Source: Trypanosoma brucei (Eukaryota). From it: a DNA stretch of 64,000 nucleotides. Shown here in pieces: positions 47,460-58,018 of this stretch (its first letter is position 1; the number at the start of each line of letters is the position of its first letter). A model generated the notes under the pieces. The model ran no database searches and had not been told where the DNA came from. It saw only the letters and a list, made by a program, of their open reading frames with translations. The DNA lies in contig CM000208.1 of NCBI GenBank assembly GCA_000002445.1, positions 2,336,001 through 2,400,000 on the forward strand. The letters are read 5' to 3'. A program made the translations under genes and the position numbers.

Positions 47460-48490
47460 ATGTGACGCTATGACTTTCAGCTAAGGGAGAACGCAAAAAG
47501 AAAAAAATGTGTGAAAATATGGGGCAGTAGACGTGATGTGATGGCGTATCAGCCCCTTTCTGTATTTGCAGTGTCGTTATTCAACACACATAGGCGTTTA
47601 CACGCAAATACTCTTTTTCTCCCTTCCTGTCTTTGTTTTACTTGTAGGGCACAACTTTGTGGTTTGAGGAAAAATACGCATATTCGTGCCACCATGGGGG
47701 AGAAGGGGGCGGGTGTGGAGGTAATTGGCGAAACGTGACGGACGGGTATGAGACAAACAGATTTTGAATCAATTCGCTATGCTCCACTGTGTGCGAACCC
47801 ATGTTAACGCAAACCCATGCCATCAAAACGACGAAGAATAAATTCTGCGGTACAGAGCGCAGCACCCACACTCCCTTACCGTTCTGGGATCCGCAAGAGG
47901 GTTGTAGTTGGTGTGTTGTGGCTGCTTAGCTCAAGATTCGCATAAAATACGGAATAAGTTTTGTCATCGGGCGGACAGGCCGCAACGCACATAACCGTTC
48001 ACCCACCAACATCGGTGCCACCTTTTCGCACTGCAAGTCCAACTCGGAAGGTGTCCATGTGCGAAAAGGAGGGGTACCAATCATTCAACTCAACTCTCAA
48101 CTAATGCCGGAAATGTTCAGCGGTGTTCTCTCGTGGCATTTGTTGTTGTTCTTACCGGTGGGAGGGGGGTGCTGTGCTAAGGAAGAAAAGTTAGATGGCA
48201 TCAGTGTCGTGTGTACACATCATTTGCAATCATAACCGCTTAGTTGCTTGTATCCGTGGTTGAAGCATTGGGAGAGTGTAGAATAATTTCTACCATTTTG
48301 TCTTGAACCCGCTACGGCTCCGAAGTATGCCCTCCACCCTTGAAAAAGAAAAAGGGACCTCTAGAGCCCGCATTACCCCTCCTTGATACTATTCTTCTTT
48401 CAAACTCTCCGCACTTTCCACTCGTTTCGTTCTTCTTTCTTCTTTATTTATTTGCGCGCTCTCGCTTAACGATGTTGAAGGACGGCAAAC

Positions 48491-51127
48491 ATGTCACTGA
48501 AGAAGAAGACGCTAAAGCAGCGTCTTCGTAAGAATGAAATGAGGCAACGGCAGAAGGTCTCCAAAGATGTTCGGAAGCGCGTGCGTACCGGTCGCCGTCA
48601 ATGCAATCGCTTCGACGACATTGAAAGCGGGTCACGGCCCCTTCAAGAGTTAGTCGAGGAAATAGCAGCAGGTTCGGCCGCCCCTACGCGTGAAGTGGCC
48701 TTAGACCCACGAAGCCTTACCGATCTACTCCTTCAAACTTCAGCTTCTCTCAGTAACACCAACAGTGGTGGTAAAACAGCAGCAAAACCTAATGTTGGCA
48801 GGGGCAACAGTGAGTCTGATGGTAAACCAAGATTAGTCCTTCCGGAGGCACCGCTTCCAGAGGACCATCCCCTCGCTCTGCCAGAGGTTCAACTCGGTGA
48901 AGACGAGCTGGGCGGTGGGAAGGACACTAACTCAGTTCCAGGGGGAAAAAATCAGTATCGGCACCACGGTGATCCGTACGTCTTCTGGGAGCGTGTTGGG
49001 CTTCATCCACTCCTTCTTAAAGCCTTGAGAACTATGCGTTTCACCCATCCGACTCCCGTTCAGGAAGAGGTGCTTCCAAGTGTTCTCTCACAAAACGTTG
49101 ATGGTCGTGCAGTTGGAGGGAAAGAAAAGATTACCCCTGGAAAGGGCAAGTCTGGAGGACGTGGTTGGGAAAAAGATGTTATCATCTCTGCGGAGACTGG
49201 AAGTGGAAAGACTTTGGCCTTCGCAATCCCTATTCTGCAACATGTTTTGACCAACGTGCTGGTGAATGAAGTAACGCAAGGTCCGGACGGGAAAATTGGA
49301 AACGAGGAGACGGCGAATGCAGCAAAGGGAAAGGAGGGTAAGGGGAAAAAAACAAAAGGTGGAGGAAAATCTACTGAAAGGGGGAAAAGTGAAAGCTTTA
49401 AAAAAAGTCGAAAGCGGCTGCGCGAAGGAGAGGAGGAAGGGGAACAGCTCACTACAGCACCTCCCACAACTACCTTCAAACTTCAAGGTCGGCTCATGCA
49501 AGCGCTGATTGTTTCACCAACTCGTGAGTTGGCACTCCAAATTAGCGAGGCGATGCAGCAGCTTGTACAACACGCTCCTCAGGTTATCGTTGGTTGTGTT
49601 GTTGGTGGCATGGCACCAGAAAAGCAACAACGTGTGCTCAACCGCCACCCGCATGTTCTCATATGCACACCAGGTCGCCTCTGGGAACTGATGCAAAAGA
49701 ACGAGGGATGCTATTTGGGTCACAGCCTCAGCCGACGCCTTTCTTATGTAGTTCTTGATGAAGCCGATAAGCTCCTGCAGTCCGGTCGTTTCGAGGAGCT
49801 GAAAAATTTGCTGGAGCGTATCCACTGCGAAATATTACCCGCCGGTTACGTGCAGGAGCGGGAGGAAGGGGCGGAGGCGGGAGATGCAGAGCTTGAGGCC
49901 GGTTTTTGGGATGCGGAAAAGCAGAAGTTTGTGCCTTTTCCAAAGGATTCTCCCACTGGCGACGACGATAAGAAGGAAACGCCTCAGCTAAGGACTTCCA
50001 GGAAGGATGAGCCCCGCCTCATTCCAATGCCGCCAGATCCACCGGAAGGTCATCGCGTCACAACGTTTGTTACTAGTGCAACACTTTCGCTTCAAACAAA
50101 CTATGTGCGGAGAGACATGCGCGCCAAGAAAACTGTGATCCGTACCTCCAATGAAGACACAATGGGGAAAGTGTTACAGCAGTTGGAAATAAAGCCTTCA
50201 AACGCCCACGTCTTCACTATTTCACCCAAAGTTGATGTTGCCGCCAAAATACATGAGACGTACCTTCGTTGTCCCGGGGACAGTAAAGACCTTTATTTGT
50301 ATTATTTCCTCAAGATGTACCGTGAGAGGTCGATTGTGTTTGTTAATGCCATATCTATGCTTCGTCGCCTTGTAAAGTTGTTAGAAGTGTTGGGCATACC
50401 TGTGGCTGGTCTGCACGCTTCACTTCAGCAACGGCAGCGGCTAAAGTTCATTGACAAGTTTAGAAAGGGCGAGAAGCGTGTTCTGGTGGCTACCGACATC
50501 GCCTCTCGCGGGTTGGACGTGGAAGGAGTTCGGTACGTGGTTCACTTTCAGGTTCCGCGTTCTACCGATGCTTACATCCACCGCTGCGGTCGCACAGCAC
50601 GGTGTGGAGGGACTGGTCTTTCTCTTCTTATGGTAAATGCGCAAGAACATGTCTCATTTACAAAGCTAATGGGCTCTCTCGGGCGCAGCACTGGCGATTT
50701 GGAAGTGTTTGCACTTCAACCAACCATCGTTCATCAACTGCATGCACATCTAAAAGTAGCTTTGCAGATTGATAAGCTGCAAAAAGAGATTGACAAATCA
50801 AGGGCAAATAATAATTGGGCGCGCCGCATGAGCCGTGAGGCCGATGTGGATGTCGACGATTTGATCGACGATGACGCAGACACTGAAAATAAGGCGAAGG
50901 AAAAAGCAATCAAGATACTACGTAGACGTCTGATGCTTCTAGGAGAAAAAGATATGGGGACGTCAGGTGGAAAAGGAAGTTTCCGCAGCAGCGCCCAGGC
51001 GATAGGCGCAAAGCAGGCCGAATCCAAGCTTGTTGAACGTGCTCAACTGCAGGTTACTCAGAAGCCTAAGAAAGGGTCCAAGGTTGTGAAGAAAGCTGGA
51101 GCCCGAAAAAATACAGAGAAGGAGTAG
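48491..51127 (+). CDS. DEAD-box ATP-dependent RNA helicase, DDX24/Mak5-like (nucleolar type)
   Basis: All helicase motifs are present: AETGSGKT (I), PTRELA (Ia), TPGRL (Ib), VLDEAD (II), SAT (III), VLVATDIASRGLD (V) and HRCGRTAR (VI). An insertion of about 100 aa, Lys/Gly/Glu-rich, lies between motifs I and Ia, as in DDX24/Mak5. The C-terminal tail is basic. Confidence 0.8.
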   Translation: MSLKKKTLKQRLRKNEMRQRQKVSKDVRKRVRTGRRQCNRFDDIESGSRPLQELVEEIAAGSAAPTREVALDPRSLTDLLLQTSASLSNTNSGGKTAAKPNVGRGNSESDGKPRLVLPEAPLPEDHPLALPEVQLGEDELGGGKDTNSVPGGKNQYRHHGDPYVFWERVGLHPLLLKALRTMRFTHPTPVQEEVLPSVLSQNVDGRAVGGKEKITPGKGKSGGRGWEKDVIISAETGSGKTLAFAIPILQHVLTNVLVNEVTQGPDGKIGNEETANAAKGKEGKGKKTKGGGKSTERGKSESFKKSRKRLREGEEEGEQLTTAPPTTTFKLQGRLMQALIVSPTRELALQISEAMQQLVQHAPQVIVGCVVGGMAPEKQQRVLNRHPHVLICTPGRLWELMQKNEGCYLGHSLSRRLSYVVLDEADKLLQSGRFEELKNLLERIHCEILPAGYVQEREEGAEAGDAELEAGFWDAEKQKFVPFPKDSPTGDDDKKETPQLRTSRKDEPRLIPMPPDPPEGHRVTTFVTSATLSLQTNYVRRDMRAKKTVIRTSNEDTMGKVLQQLEIKPSNAHVFTISPKVDVAAKIHETYLRCPGDSKDLYLYYFLKMYRERSIVFVNAISMLRRLVKLLEVLGIPVAGLHASLQQRQRLKFIDKFRKGEKRVLVATDIASRGLDVEGVRYVVHFQVPRSTDAYIHRCGRTARCGGTGLSLLMVNAQEHVSFTKLMGSLGRSTGDLEVFALQPTIVHQLHAHLKVALQIDKLQKEIDKSRANNNWARRMSREADVDVDDLIDDDADTENKAKEKAIKILRRRLMLLGEKDMGTSGGKGSFRSSAQAIGAKQAESKLVERAQLQVTQKPKKGSKVVKKAGARKNTEKE

Positions 51128-51439
51128 GCACAAACGACGAATTGTTATCGGTTGTGAGGTAACCGCAGGGGTTATGCTCAGAAAGCGCAGCCCGTTGGAT
51201 ATACGTATGTTTGTATCCTTTAAATAAAATGGGCAACTCACGCATGGGTTTCGAGTAAATTAAGTGTAACAACGATAAGATGTCTCACAAACAAGTCTAT
51301 CTCTTCCTGCTTCCTCTGCTCCACCTTTCGTCCGTAGTGACACATGACAAGGTGGAGTAAATTCGCTGTGTAATCTTTTCTCACTCTCATATTTTTCTAA
51401 TCGAGGCGTAGATCGTGGAAAGGCCTCGGAAAGCAGGTA

Positions 51440-51985
51440 ATGAGACTTATTTCTTTAGCAACGAGAACTGTGTTTCACAGAATGAAGTGCTTCGTGACGC
51501 TTCACACGGTTCCTCTGATTGAGCAACACAGGTTGTATTGCTCTACACATGTTTTGCAGTTTGATATGAAACAATACGAAATGGAAAAGCGTCGGAAGCG
51601 GGAAATGGAGCGGGCGGGGGTTAGCGATGATGAAGACGACGCGCCGTGGATTGCTCCAGAGGAACAACAGCGGATTGACGAAGAGCAACAACAGCGTGAC
51701 AAAGAGGAGGCAGAACGTGTTCGTGAGATGCTCGAACGCCGGGAGCAAGAGGACATTATTAAGCGCAAGAAGTTCAAGGAATTCCGCGCAAAGCAACTAG
51801 CAATGAGCAAGAACCGCAAAGAAGCTGCCGCAGCCGCTAAGCAACAGCAGAGAGGTGGCAGTCGAGTAGTGGAGGAACTCGTGGACGACACGTCTAATAC
51901 AACCGGGGCACCACCACTATCCACTGCTGGATCTGCTGAAAACGACGCGACTCATGGGGCACCACACGAGAGTGGCGTGCGATAA
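51440..51985 (+). CDS. hypothetical highly charged (Glu/Arg/Lys-rich) protein, 181 aa, possible mitochondrial presequence
   Basis: ATG ORF in the sense orientation. The N-terminus MRLISLATRTVFHR is basic, hydroxylated and lacks acidic residues. Central ER/EQ-rich helix. Confidence 0.4.
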   Translation: MRLISLATRTVFHRMKCFVTLHTVPLIEQHRLYCSTHVLQFDMKQYEMEKRRKREMERAGVSDDEDDAPWIAPEEQQRIDEEQQQRDKEEAERVREMLERREQEDIIKRKKFKEFRAKQLAMSKNRKEAAAAAKQQQRGGSRVVEELVDDTSNTTGAPPLSTAGSAENDATHGAPHESGVR

Positions 51986-52147
51986 GAGGCTGCTTGGTGG
52001 AATTGGTGTTAATTTTAACACCGTGTTATCCGGTTCGTTACAGAGCGTGCGTGAAGTGTCCGTGGGCTTGTTTTGTTCTTATCGTGTTGACTTTGATGTA
52101 TCTGTTTGCTTCTTTCGTGTATTGCAGTAAACCCTGCTATTCAGCAT

Positions 52148-52203
52148 GCCTTTCATTGCCGTCTTCTTCGTCCCCTTCTTTTTCCTGTGTTTTCACCTAA
52201 CAG
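52148..52203 (+). promoter_or_regulatory. polypyrimidine tract plus CAG, candidate trans-splice acceptor for eL22
   Basis: gcctttcattgccgtcttcttcgtccccttctttttcctgtgttttcacctaacag. Confidence 0.45.
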
Positions 52204-52281
52204 GGAAGGAGAGAAGCTCCGGGGTTCACTTTTCCTTTCATTAGTTTTTGCACCGCGCTAGTTTGGTAATATTAGCCGCTG

Positions 52282-52674
52282 ATGGTTGCTGTTCGCGCAA
52301 AGGTCGGCTCCCGCGGCTTCACTCGCCAGAGGCAGCTTGCGAAAGGAAAGAAGGTGTTCAAGATTGACTGCAGCATCCCCGCCAGCGACGGTATCTTCAG
52401 TGATGATATCCTCAGCAACTTCCAGCAGTACTTCCAGGATAATGTGAAGCTAAACGGCCGCAAGGGAAAGCTCACCTCGAAGGTACGCGTCAACATGCGT
52501 GAAAACATTCTGTCCATCACGACGACTATGGCTTACCGCAAGAAGTACTTCAAATACCTGACGAAGAAGTTCCTCAAGAAGAAGGACCTCCGTGATTGGA
52601 TCCGTATTCTCGCCAAGGGGAAAGACACATACCAGTTGAAGTACTTCAACATCCAGGATCAGGAAGAAGCGTAA
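52282..52674 (+). CDS. RPL22: 60S ribosomal protein eL22
   Basis: Matches the eL22 signature throughout: KVFKIDCSIPASDGIF, KLNGRKGKL, YFKYLTKKFLKKKDLRDWIRILAKGKDTYQLKYFNI, and an acidic C-terminus. Polypyrimidine tract at 52148-52198 followed by CAG. Confidence 0.88.
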   Translation: MVAVRAKVGSRGFTRQRQLAKGKKVFKIDCSIPASDGIFSDDILSNFQQYFQDNVKLNGRKGKLTSKVRVNMRENILSITTTMAYRKKYFKYLTKKFLKKKDLRDWIRILAKGKDTYQLKYFNIQDQEEA

Positions 52675-53786
52675 ATCTTTTGCGGTTGCACGAGTAGGAG
52701 TGCCCCGAACATGTTGGTTTGCCCCTGCCTTTTTGCACTATTTTGTTCGTCATTTTGGGGTATGTGAAGTCTGTCCCGGCTCATTTCCTGTTTTCTTTTC
52801 TTTAATGATTTTGTTACTTCGTTTACCTCCTCTGCCTTCGGTTTATTCTCCCCCCATTCGTCTCCCGAACTTCTTTATAAGGGATGATGGGTGTGAAGGA
52901 TGAGGAAAGCACTCGAGTAGGCGTTGCAATTACTGTTTTGGTATACTGGTTCCACAGCAGAGGCACTTATCTTTTCCGGCCTTCATGTTTTCATTTGAAG
53001 GATTAACTTTCCCCTGATGTTTCTTTGGTTTTTTTTCTATTTGCCTGCATTTGTTCTTTACCAGCTAATGTAGTTGCACATGACCAAGCTGCTCAGACAT
53101 ATGCGTAGGTACAACTGCATACTCTTAGGCTGTGGCATGAAAACACCTCCCAAGTGCCAATGAAGGAAAGGGAGCGAAAGTTTTTTATTCCAGTCTTCCG
53201 TTGGGGCGGTGCGCTTCACACTAAAAGTTGTTGCGTAAACACCTCCGAACAACAGTTTCTTTGAGGAGTGGGGCGCCACACAGACATGAGAACGCAAGGA
53301 ATAGTAATCAAGGACACTTACGGTTTATCGTGCAATCGTGTATTGCTCGCTTAGGATTTGAAAGCGCATTGAAGGTTTGGTATTATTCCATGGGGAGCGT
53401 TGTTAGCCAGTCGGGGTGTAAAATACCATTGGTTCAGCCACCATTACAAAAGTAAAACACACATATCATGTTCGTTTTTGTTTGCTAGTTGTGACACTTT
53501 GCAACACCCTTCTGTGGGCGTCTGTTTTTATTTTTTGCTTCCCGCGCTGCCAACACTCCGTTGCGACTCTTATGAACATCTGTTTTGCTGTTGTGTTTTG
53601 AAAGGACAACATTATATACCTCCTTGGTGAGTGGGGGTTGTGCGTGAGACTGTCTCGTCCACTGATACACTTTTAAGTGTCGGTGAGACGTCGCATAAAG
53701 GAAAGGTTTTTACATTAGGAAGTGATTAAGAATACATAGGCGAGCGAACGAACGTGATAAAAGTATATTATTTATATATCGACAAA

Positions 53787-54692
53787 ATGGGCAGTAGTAG
53801 CAGCAGTGCTAATGATTCGAGTAGCGCCAATATGGACGCTGCATCTGGGAAGGGAATCATTAACTCGCCACCACCGGGTGAATCACCCGATGACAACTCT
53901 GAGACTACCGCAAAGTGCTCTAATGCGAGTGATCTCAACAGCTACCGTGAGTTCCGCGATCAGTTACTTAGCTTTTCCCTCGGGGAAAGTGCCTATGATT
54001 ACGCTGAAACGCTGTTTGCGAAGAACCCCTCCAGTCCTGAGGTGATGGCGCTTCTTGCAGAAACTACCGTACTGTACGACAAAACTAAGAACAAGTACGC
54101 CAGGGATCACTGGTGTGATCGCCTCGATCTGCTGCAGCGTGGGGTGGACGTCAGTCGCAAATGTATAAATGAGAACCCGGAATATGGCCCGTGTTACCGA
54201 ACCTACGTGTTGTCTGCTACACGTGAGGCAGAAGCCCTGTATTACATGAAAAGTTTGATGGGCTTTGGGCTCTTAGAGAACTATAACGCCATTATGCGTC
54301 GGGGGGAGAAGGGGATGGAACTGCTTCCCACTGATGCGGATATCCCTAACGCGCTTGGAGCTCTCAGTGCTCGTTGCGCTTATGTCTGGTATAACCCAAC
54401 CCGCCTATACGCACGTTGGTGCGGGGTTCCTGGCTGGAAGGAACTATGGGCAAAGAGTGTGCAGCTGCACAAACGCGCAGTGGAAAATGACCCTGCAAAC
54501 CTTGAGTTTGCTTGCAGGCTTGCGCAGGCTTACTTTCACAGCGGAGACTATCAAAACGCGCGGCGGTGGTATGGAAAGGTACGAGATGAAATGCCACCAC
54601 AAGACCTGAAAGATGAGCGGTGGCAAGCGATCGCACACACACACCTTTCCACAGCATTCGTAAAGACCAGTTGGAATGTTCCTTTCGCGTAG
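53787..54692 (+). CDS. TPR-like helical repeat protein with N-terminal myristoylation consensus (MGSSSSS); possibly RMD/FAM82-like
   Basis: The ORF-track start at 53754 is GTG; the first ATG at 53787 gives M-G-S-S-S-S (Gly2, Ser6). The rest is alpha-helical with TPR-like Y/A/L spacing. Family assignment is tentative. Confidence 0.5.
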   Translation: MGSSSSSANDSSSANMDAASGKGIINSPPPGESPDDNSETTAKCSNASDLNSYREFRDQLLSFSLGESAYDYAETLFAKNPSSPEVMALLAETTVLYDKTKNKYARDHWCDRLDLLQRGVDVSRKCINENPEYGPCYRTYVLSATREAEALYYMKSLMGFGLLENYNAIMRRGEKGMELLPTDADIPNALGALSARCAYVWYNPTRLYARWCGVPGWKELWAKSVQLHKRAVENDPANLEFACRLAQAYFHSGDYQNARRWYGKVRDEMPPQDLKDERWQAIAHTHLSTAFVKTSWNVPFA

Positions 54693-55019
54693 GGACCCCT
54701 GTGGATGGTCAGCGACGAAAGGGATGAGAACCAGAAAATGTCTTTACAGCTATCGCTGCGTTATGAGATATTCGGTTGTTGTTGTTGTTTTTACGTTGTC
54801 GTATTTGTGTATCTTCGCTTGGCAGTTCGTCATGCTGTGTCGTGTAACCCCGCCTTCGCCTTCTTTCCCCCCTTGTGGCTCGCTGTGTTTAACAATGATA
54901 ATAATCGTACTTATTGCAACGGCGCAATCATCGCTTCAGTAGTATATTGAATAGCAACAAGGTGACGGCGGGAAATTTTTAAAGAAATAGGGTAGAAACA
55001 TAGGTGCGTAAAAAAAAAA

Positions 55020-57047
55020 ATGTTGCGGCGTGTCACCCCCTTCACACTGTGTGCTTCAGGCTTCACTGCCTGCCGTTGGGCCGGACGAGTGCGTCATGGT
55101 GCGACGATTTGTTCAGCTGTCAGTGATGCAACCGCTGGGAAGCAAAAAAGCGCTTGTGTCACCGACGTGGAGGAAATACCCACACTTTCTTTCCTTTCGT
55201 CAAAGTCCATATTGTCGGAGACAGTTGATCGAACCATTGAGGTGTGTGACGCACTTCTAAACGAAATTCCAAAGGCCAAGAGCATAAAAGAAAAACACGA
55301 CCTTATTGACTCAACTAGTAACGTTCTATGTCTTCTTCTTGACCCCTGTGAGTTTGTGCGCCAGGTTCACCCTGATGCGGAGTACAAGCAGCATGCCTCG
55401 TACGCATTTCAAAAGGGATATGAGTACATGAGTAAAGTCAACTCCCGAAGGGATTTGTACGATGTTGTCCTTCAGCTTGACAGCACTGAGGGACACAAGG
55501 AACTCAGTAGTGAAGAAATTAAAAACGTGGCCCAACTTAGGCGGGACATGGAAAGTAACGGCATCCATCTCCCCGACAAACTACGTGAGAAGGTAACTGA
55601 AATGAACATTGAAAAGGAGGAACTCGCCATGCGCTTCCTGACGGAGCAGGGTTCGAAGAATCCCTTTGCAACACTCCGTTATCTTCTTCAGTGCCGTTAC
55701 GAACTCTCGCAACTGCTGGGGTTTGAGAGCTTCGCAGAACAACAACTTCGAGGGACAATGCTGGAAAATCAGCAGCGTGTTTGGCATTTCTTGTGTGGAA
55801 TTGCCCATAAGTACCGGAGAGAGGCCGAGAAGGAGATGGATATCATACGGAGCAACGTTGGAGAAGTACGTAATCGACAAAACATTACAGACGATGTCCG
55901 AGCTCGAGTGGCTCATTCACTAAGACGTGATGCGGAGCCGGAAACAGCGGCTGAGTATTTCTCCGTTGCAAACTGCATACGCGGTATTCAGTGCCTCTGT
56001 TTGGAGGTTTTTGGCGTGCGGTTGGAGGAAGTGCAGTTCGACAAAGATGAGATCTTCAACAACGACGCCAAAAAGTATCACGTGTATGACGAGAATAAGG
56101 CGTTTCTTGGAGTTATCGTACTCGATTTGTACGCGAGTGAAATGAAATATTGCCAAGCTGGCCACCTTACGTTGCAGCTTGGTTGTATACCCCACCAAGA
56201 GGCCTTGGCAAAGGTGGGGCTAAAGTTACCGAAACGCCAGTATCCCGTTGTTGTTTTAACGTGCAATGTTGGAGCCTGCTCGCCCGTGCAGCGACTCCCT
56301 AATGGTAGGTTTGACGATGAGTCTACGCTTATGCACCCCAATGAAGTGACAACAGTTTTTCACGAGTTTGGTCATGCGATGCACACCATTTTTGGCCAGA
56401 CGAAGGTACAGAACCTCGCTGGAACACGTGCTAGTATCGATTTTGTAGAGACATTCTCGCAGCTCTTTGAGCAATTCCTCACCTCCCATGAGTTTCTGCA
56501 GTTGTGGGCACACCGTATCAGCACGCGGGAACCCATCTCATTTGACATGGTCATGAAACGGAACGCAGCTGCTGACATGTTCAAGCACCTTGACATGATG
56601 GATCAAGTAGTTCTTTCGGCGGTAGATCAGACCCTTCATGGTCCTCAGCCATACACTGTGTACTTTCCTCGTGGAGACCAGGGGAACCTTGGGAAACGTA
56701 CACTTGGAGATATCGGCGACTACGGACGCGGTACGTACAACTTAGCAAAGGTCCTTATCGACATATGTACTCCTCTTTCTATTGTGACACCGACGGAAAC
56801 AGGCGTTTTGGGTACTCTTTCGTTTGAACACCTCTCCGGTTACCCAGCAGGTTACTACGGTTACCTTTACAGTCTTTCCATTGCTCGTCGCATATGGGCG
56901 AAGAAGTTTATGAAGGACCCGCTTAACCGTGACGCAGGGAGGGAGCTGGTGCAAAAAGTAATGCGCCACGGGGCTGCATGTAACCCTGTTGATGTCATTG
57001 AGAACTATCTGGAGGACAAACTCGATGAAATCGACATATGGGTGTGA
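55020..57047 (+). CDS. M3A-family zinc metallopeptidase, mitochondrial intermediate peptidase (MIP/Oct1)-like
   Basis: HEXXH zinc motif in the context FHEFGHAMHTIFGQTKVQNLAGTRASIDFVETFSQLFEQF, closely resembling the MIP FHEMGHAMH...GTR...DF.E.PS..E.F. The N-terminal MLRRVTPFTLCASGFTACRWAGRVRHG looks like a mitochondrial presequence. Confidence 0.7.
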   Translation: MLRRVTPFTLCASGFTACRWAGRVRHGATICSAVSDATAGKQKSACVTDVEEIPTLSFLSSKSILSETVDRTIEVCDALLNEIPKAKSIKEKHDLIDSTSNVLCLLLDPCEFVRQVHPDAEYKQHASYAFQKGYEYMSKVNSRRDLYDVVLQLDSTEGHKELSSEEIKNVAQLRRDMESNGIHLPDKLREKVTEMNIEKEELAMRFLTEQGSKNPFATLRYLLQCRYELSQLLGFESFAEQQLRGTMLENQQRVWHFLCGIAHKYRREAEKEMDIIRSNVGEVRNRQNITDDVRARVAHSLRRDAEPETAAEYFSVANCIRGIQCLCLEVFGVRLEEVQFDKDEIFNNDAKKYHVYDENKAFLGVIVLDLYASEMKYCQAGHLTLQLGCIPHQEALAKVGLKLPKRQYPVVVLTCNVGACSPVQRLPNGRFDDESTLMHPNEVTTVFHEFGHAMHTIFGQTKVQNLAGTRASIDFVETFSQLFEQFLTSHEFLQLWAHRISTREPISFDMVMKRNAAADMFKHLDMMDQVVLSAVDQTLHGPQPYTVYFPRGDQGNLGKRTLGDIGDYGRGTYNLAKVLIDICTPLSIVTPTETGVLGTLSFEHLSGYPAGYYGYLYSLSIARRIWAKKFMKDPLNRDAGRELVQKVMRHGAACNPVDVIENYLEDKLDEIDIWV

Positions 57048-57544
57048 AAACGCTCTTTACTCTTCTGCACTACACATACATGCTCACGGCCTTCACCGTG
57101 CTAGGTGCGGCGAGAAGCAACACATCAGGATGTGGCAGCTCAGTCGAATCCTTCGGTCTTTAACGTTCTACTAAATAAATGAAGTAGGGGTGCAGTGCCA
57201 TTTTTCTTTTTTAAAAAGTTTTTCTACCATGGTGCCGCGCGCGTGCGAAATTAAAGCAGTGCTACATGTGGCATTTTACCACCAGTCGCTGAGCGTCTGC
57301 AAACATAGGCCGCACTTTACCATTTATTTTTTTGTCGTTCTTTTCCGCCTATGGAGACAGGAAGCGACTGCACAACATAATTTGTGCTTGGTGCCGCTTC
57401 CCCTCCTTCCACTGTTTAGGTACGAATATCTACTCATTTTTGTAATTTTTTTTTTAAAGATAACAAATCGTGAGGTTTTCCCCCTAGGTACTTTAGTTGA
57501 CCATAGGTTCAAATAATACTTTGCGAGCGTGAGTGCAAACCATA

Positions 57545-58018
57545 ATGCGCCGCACCTTCATTTCCTTTTCTGCTGCATCGGCAGCTGCCGCCGCACCTGT
57601 GACAAGTACTAAAATGCAGACACTTCATAAACTTCTTACGGGAGAGGTGAGCTTCAAGAACAAGGCACCAGTAAAGGACTGCAACATTGTCCATCAGTTT
57701 GGGGAAAATTGGGCAACGGAGCTATCTGCTTACGCCAAGACTCTACCGGCGGAGCAGCAGAAAATTATTGTACGACAAATTGCACGTGTTAAGTTAACAC
57801 GTTATACCGTGGCTGAGCTTGCGGCATACTGTGGCGATGGACCTGCACTCTTGGATGAAACGGCACGGGCAGCCAATATAGAGCAGGGTGTTGCTTTTGT
57901 AAAGGCAAAAGGGGTTGAGGCATTTGAGAAATATGTTGCAGAGGAATCGACGAACGCAAATTGGAAGCCAGAGGAGGCAAAGAAATTTATCGAAGATGTG
58001 AAAGCAAAGGCTAAGTAG
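57545..58018 (+). CDS. small hypothetical protein (157 aa) with predicted mitochondrial presequence
   Basis: The ORF-track start at 57533 is GTG; the first ATG at 57545 gives MRRTFISFSAASAAAAAP..., followed by a helical Lys/Glu/Ala-rich domain. No family recognised. Confidence 0.45.
   Translation: MRRTFISFSAASAAAAAPVTSTKMQTLHKLLTGEVSFKNKAPVKDCNIVHQFGENWATELSAYAKTLPAEQQKIIVRQIARVKLTRYTVAELAAYCGDGPALLDETARAANIEQGVAFVKAKGVEAFEKYVAEESTNANWKPEEAKKFIEDVKAKAK

Noticed and set aside
49060-49501. Two overlapping minus-strand ORFs (137-139 aa), Ser/Phe/Pro-rich
   Set aside because: They are the reverse complement of the GA-rich lysine/glycine/glutamate-coding insertion of the DEAD-box helicase. Low-complexity antisense artefact.
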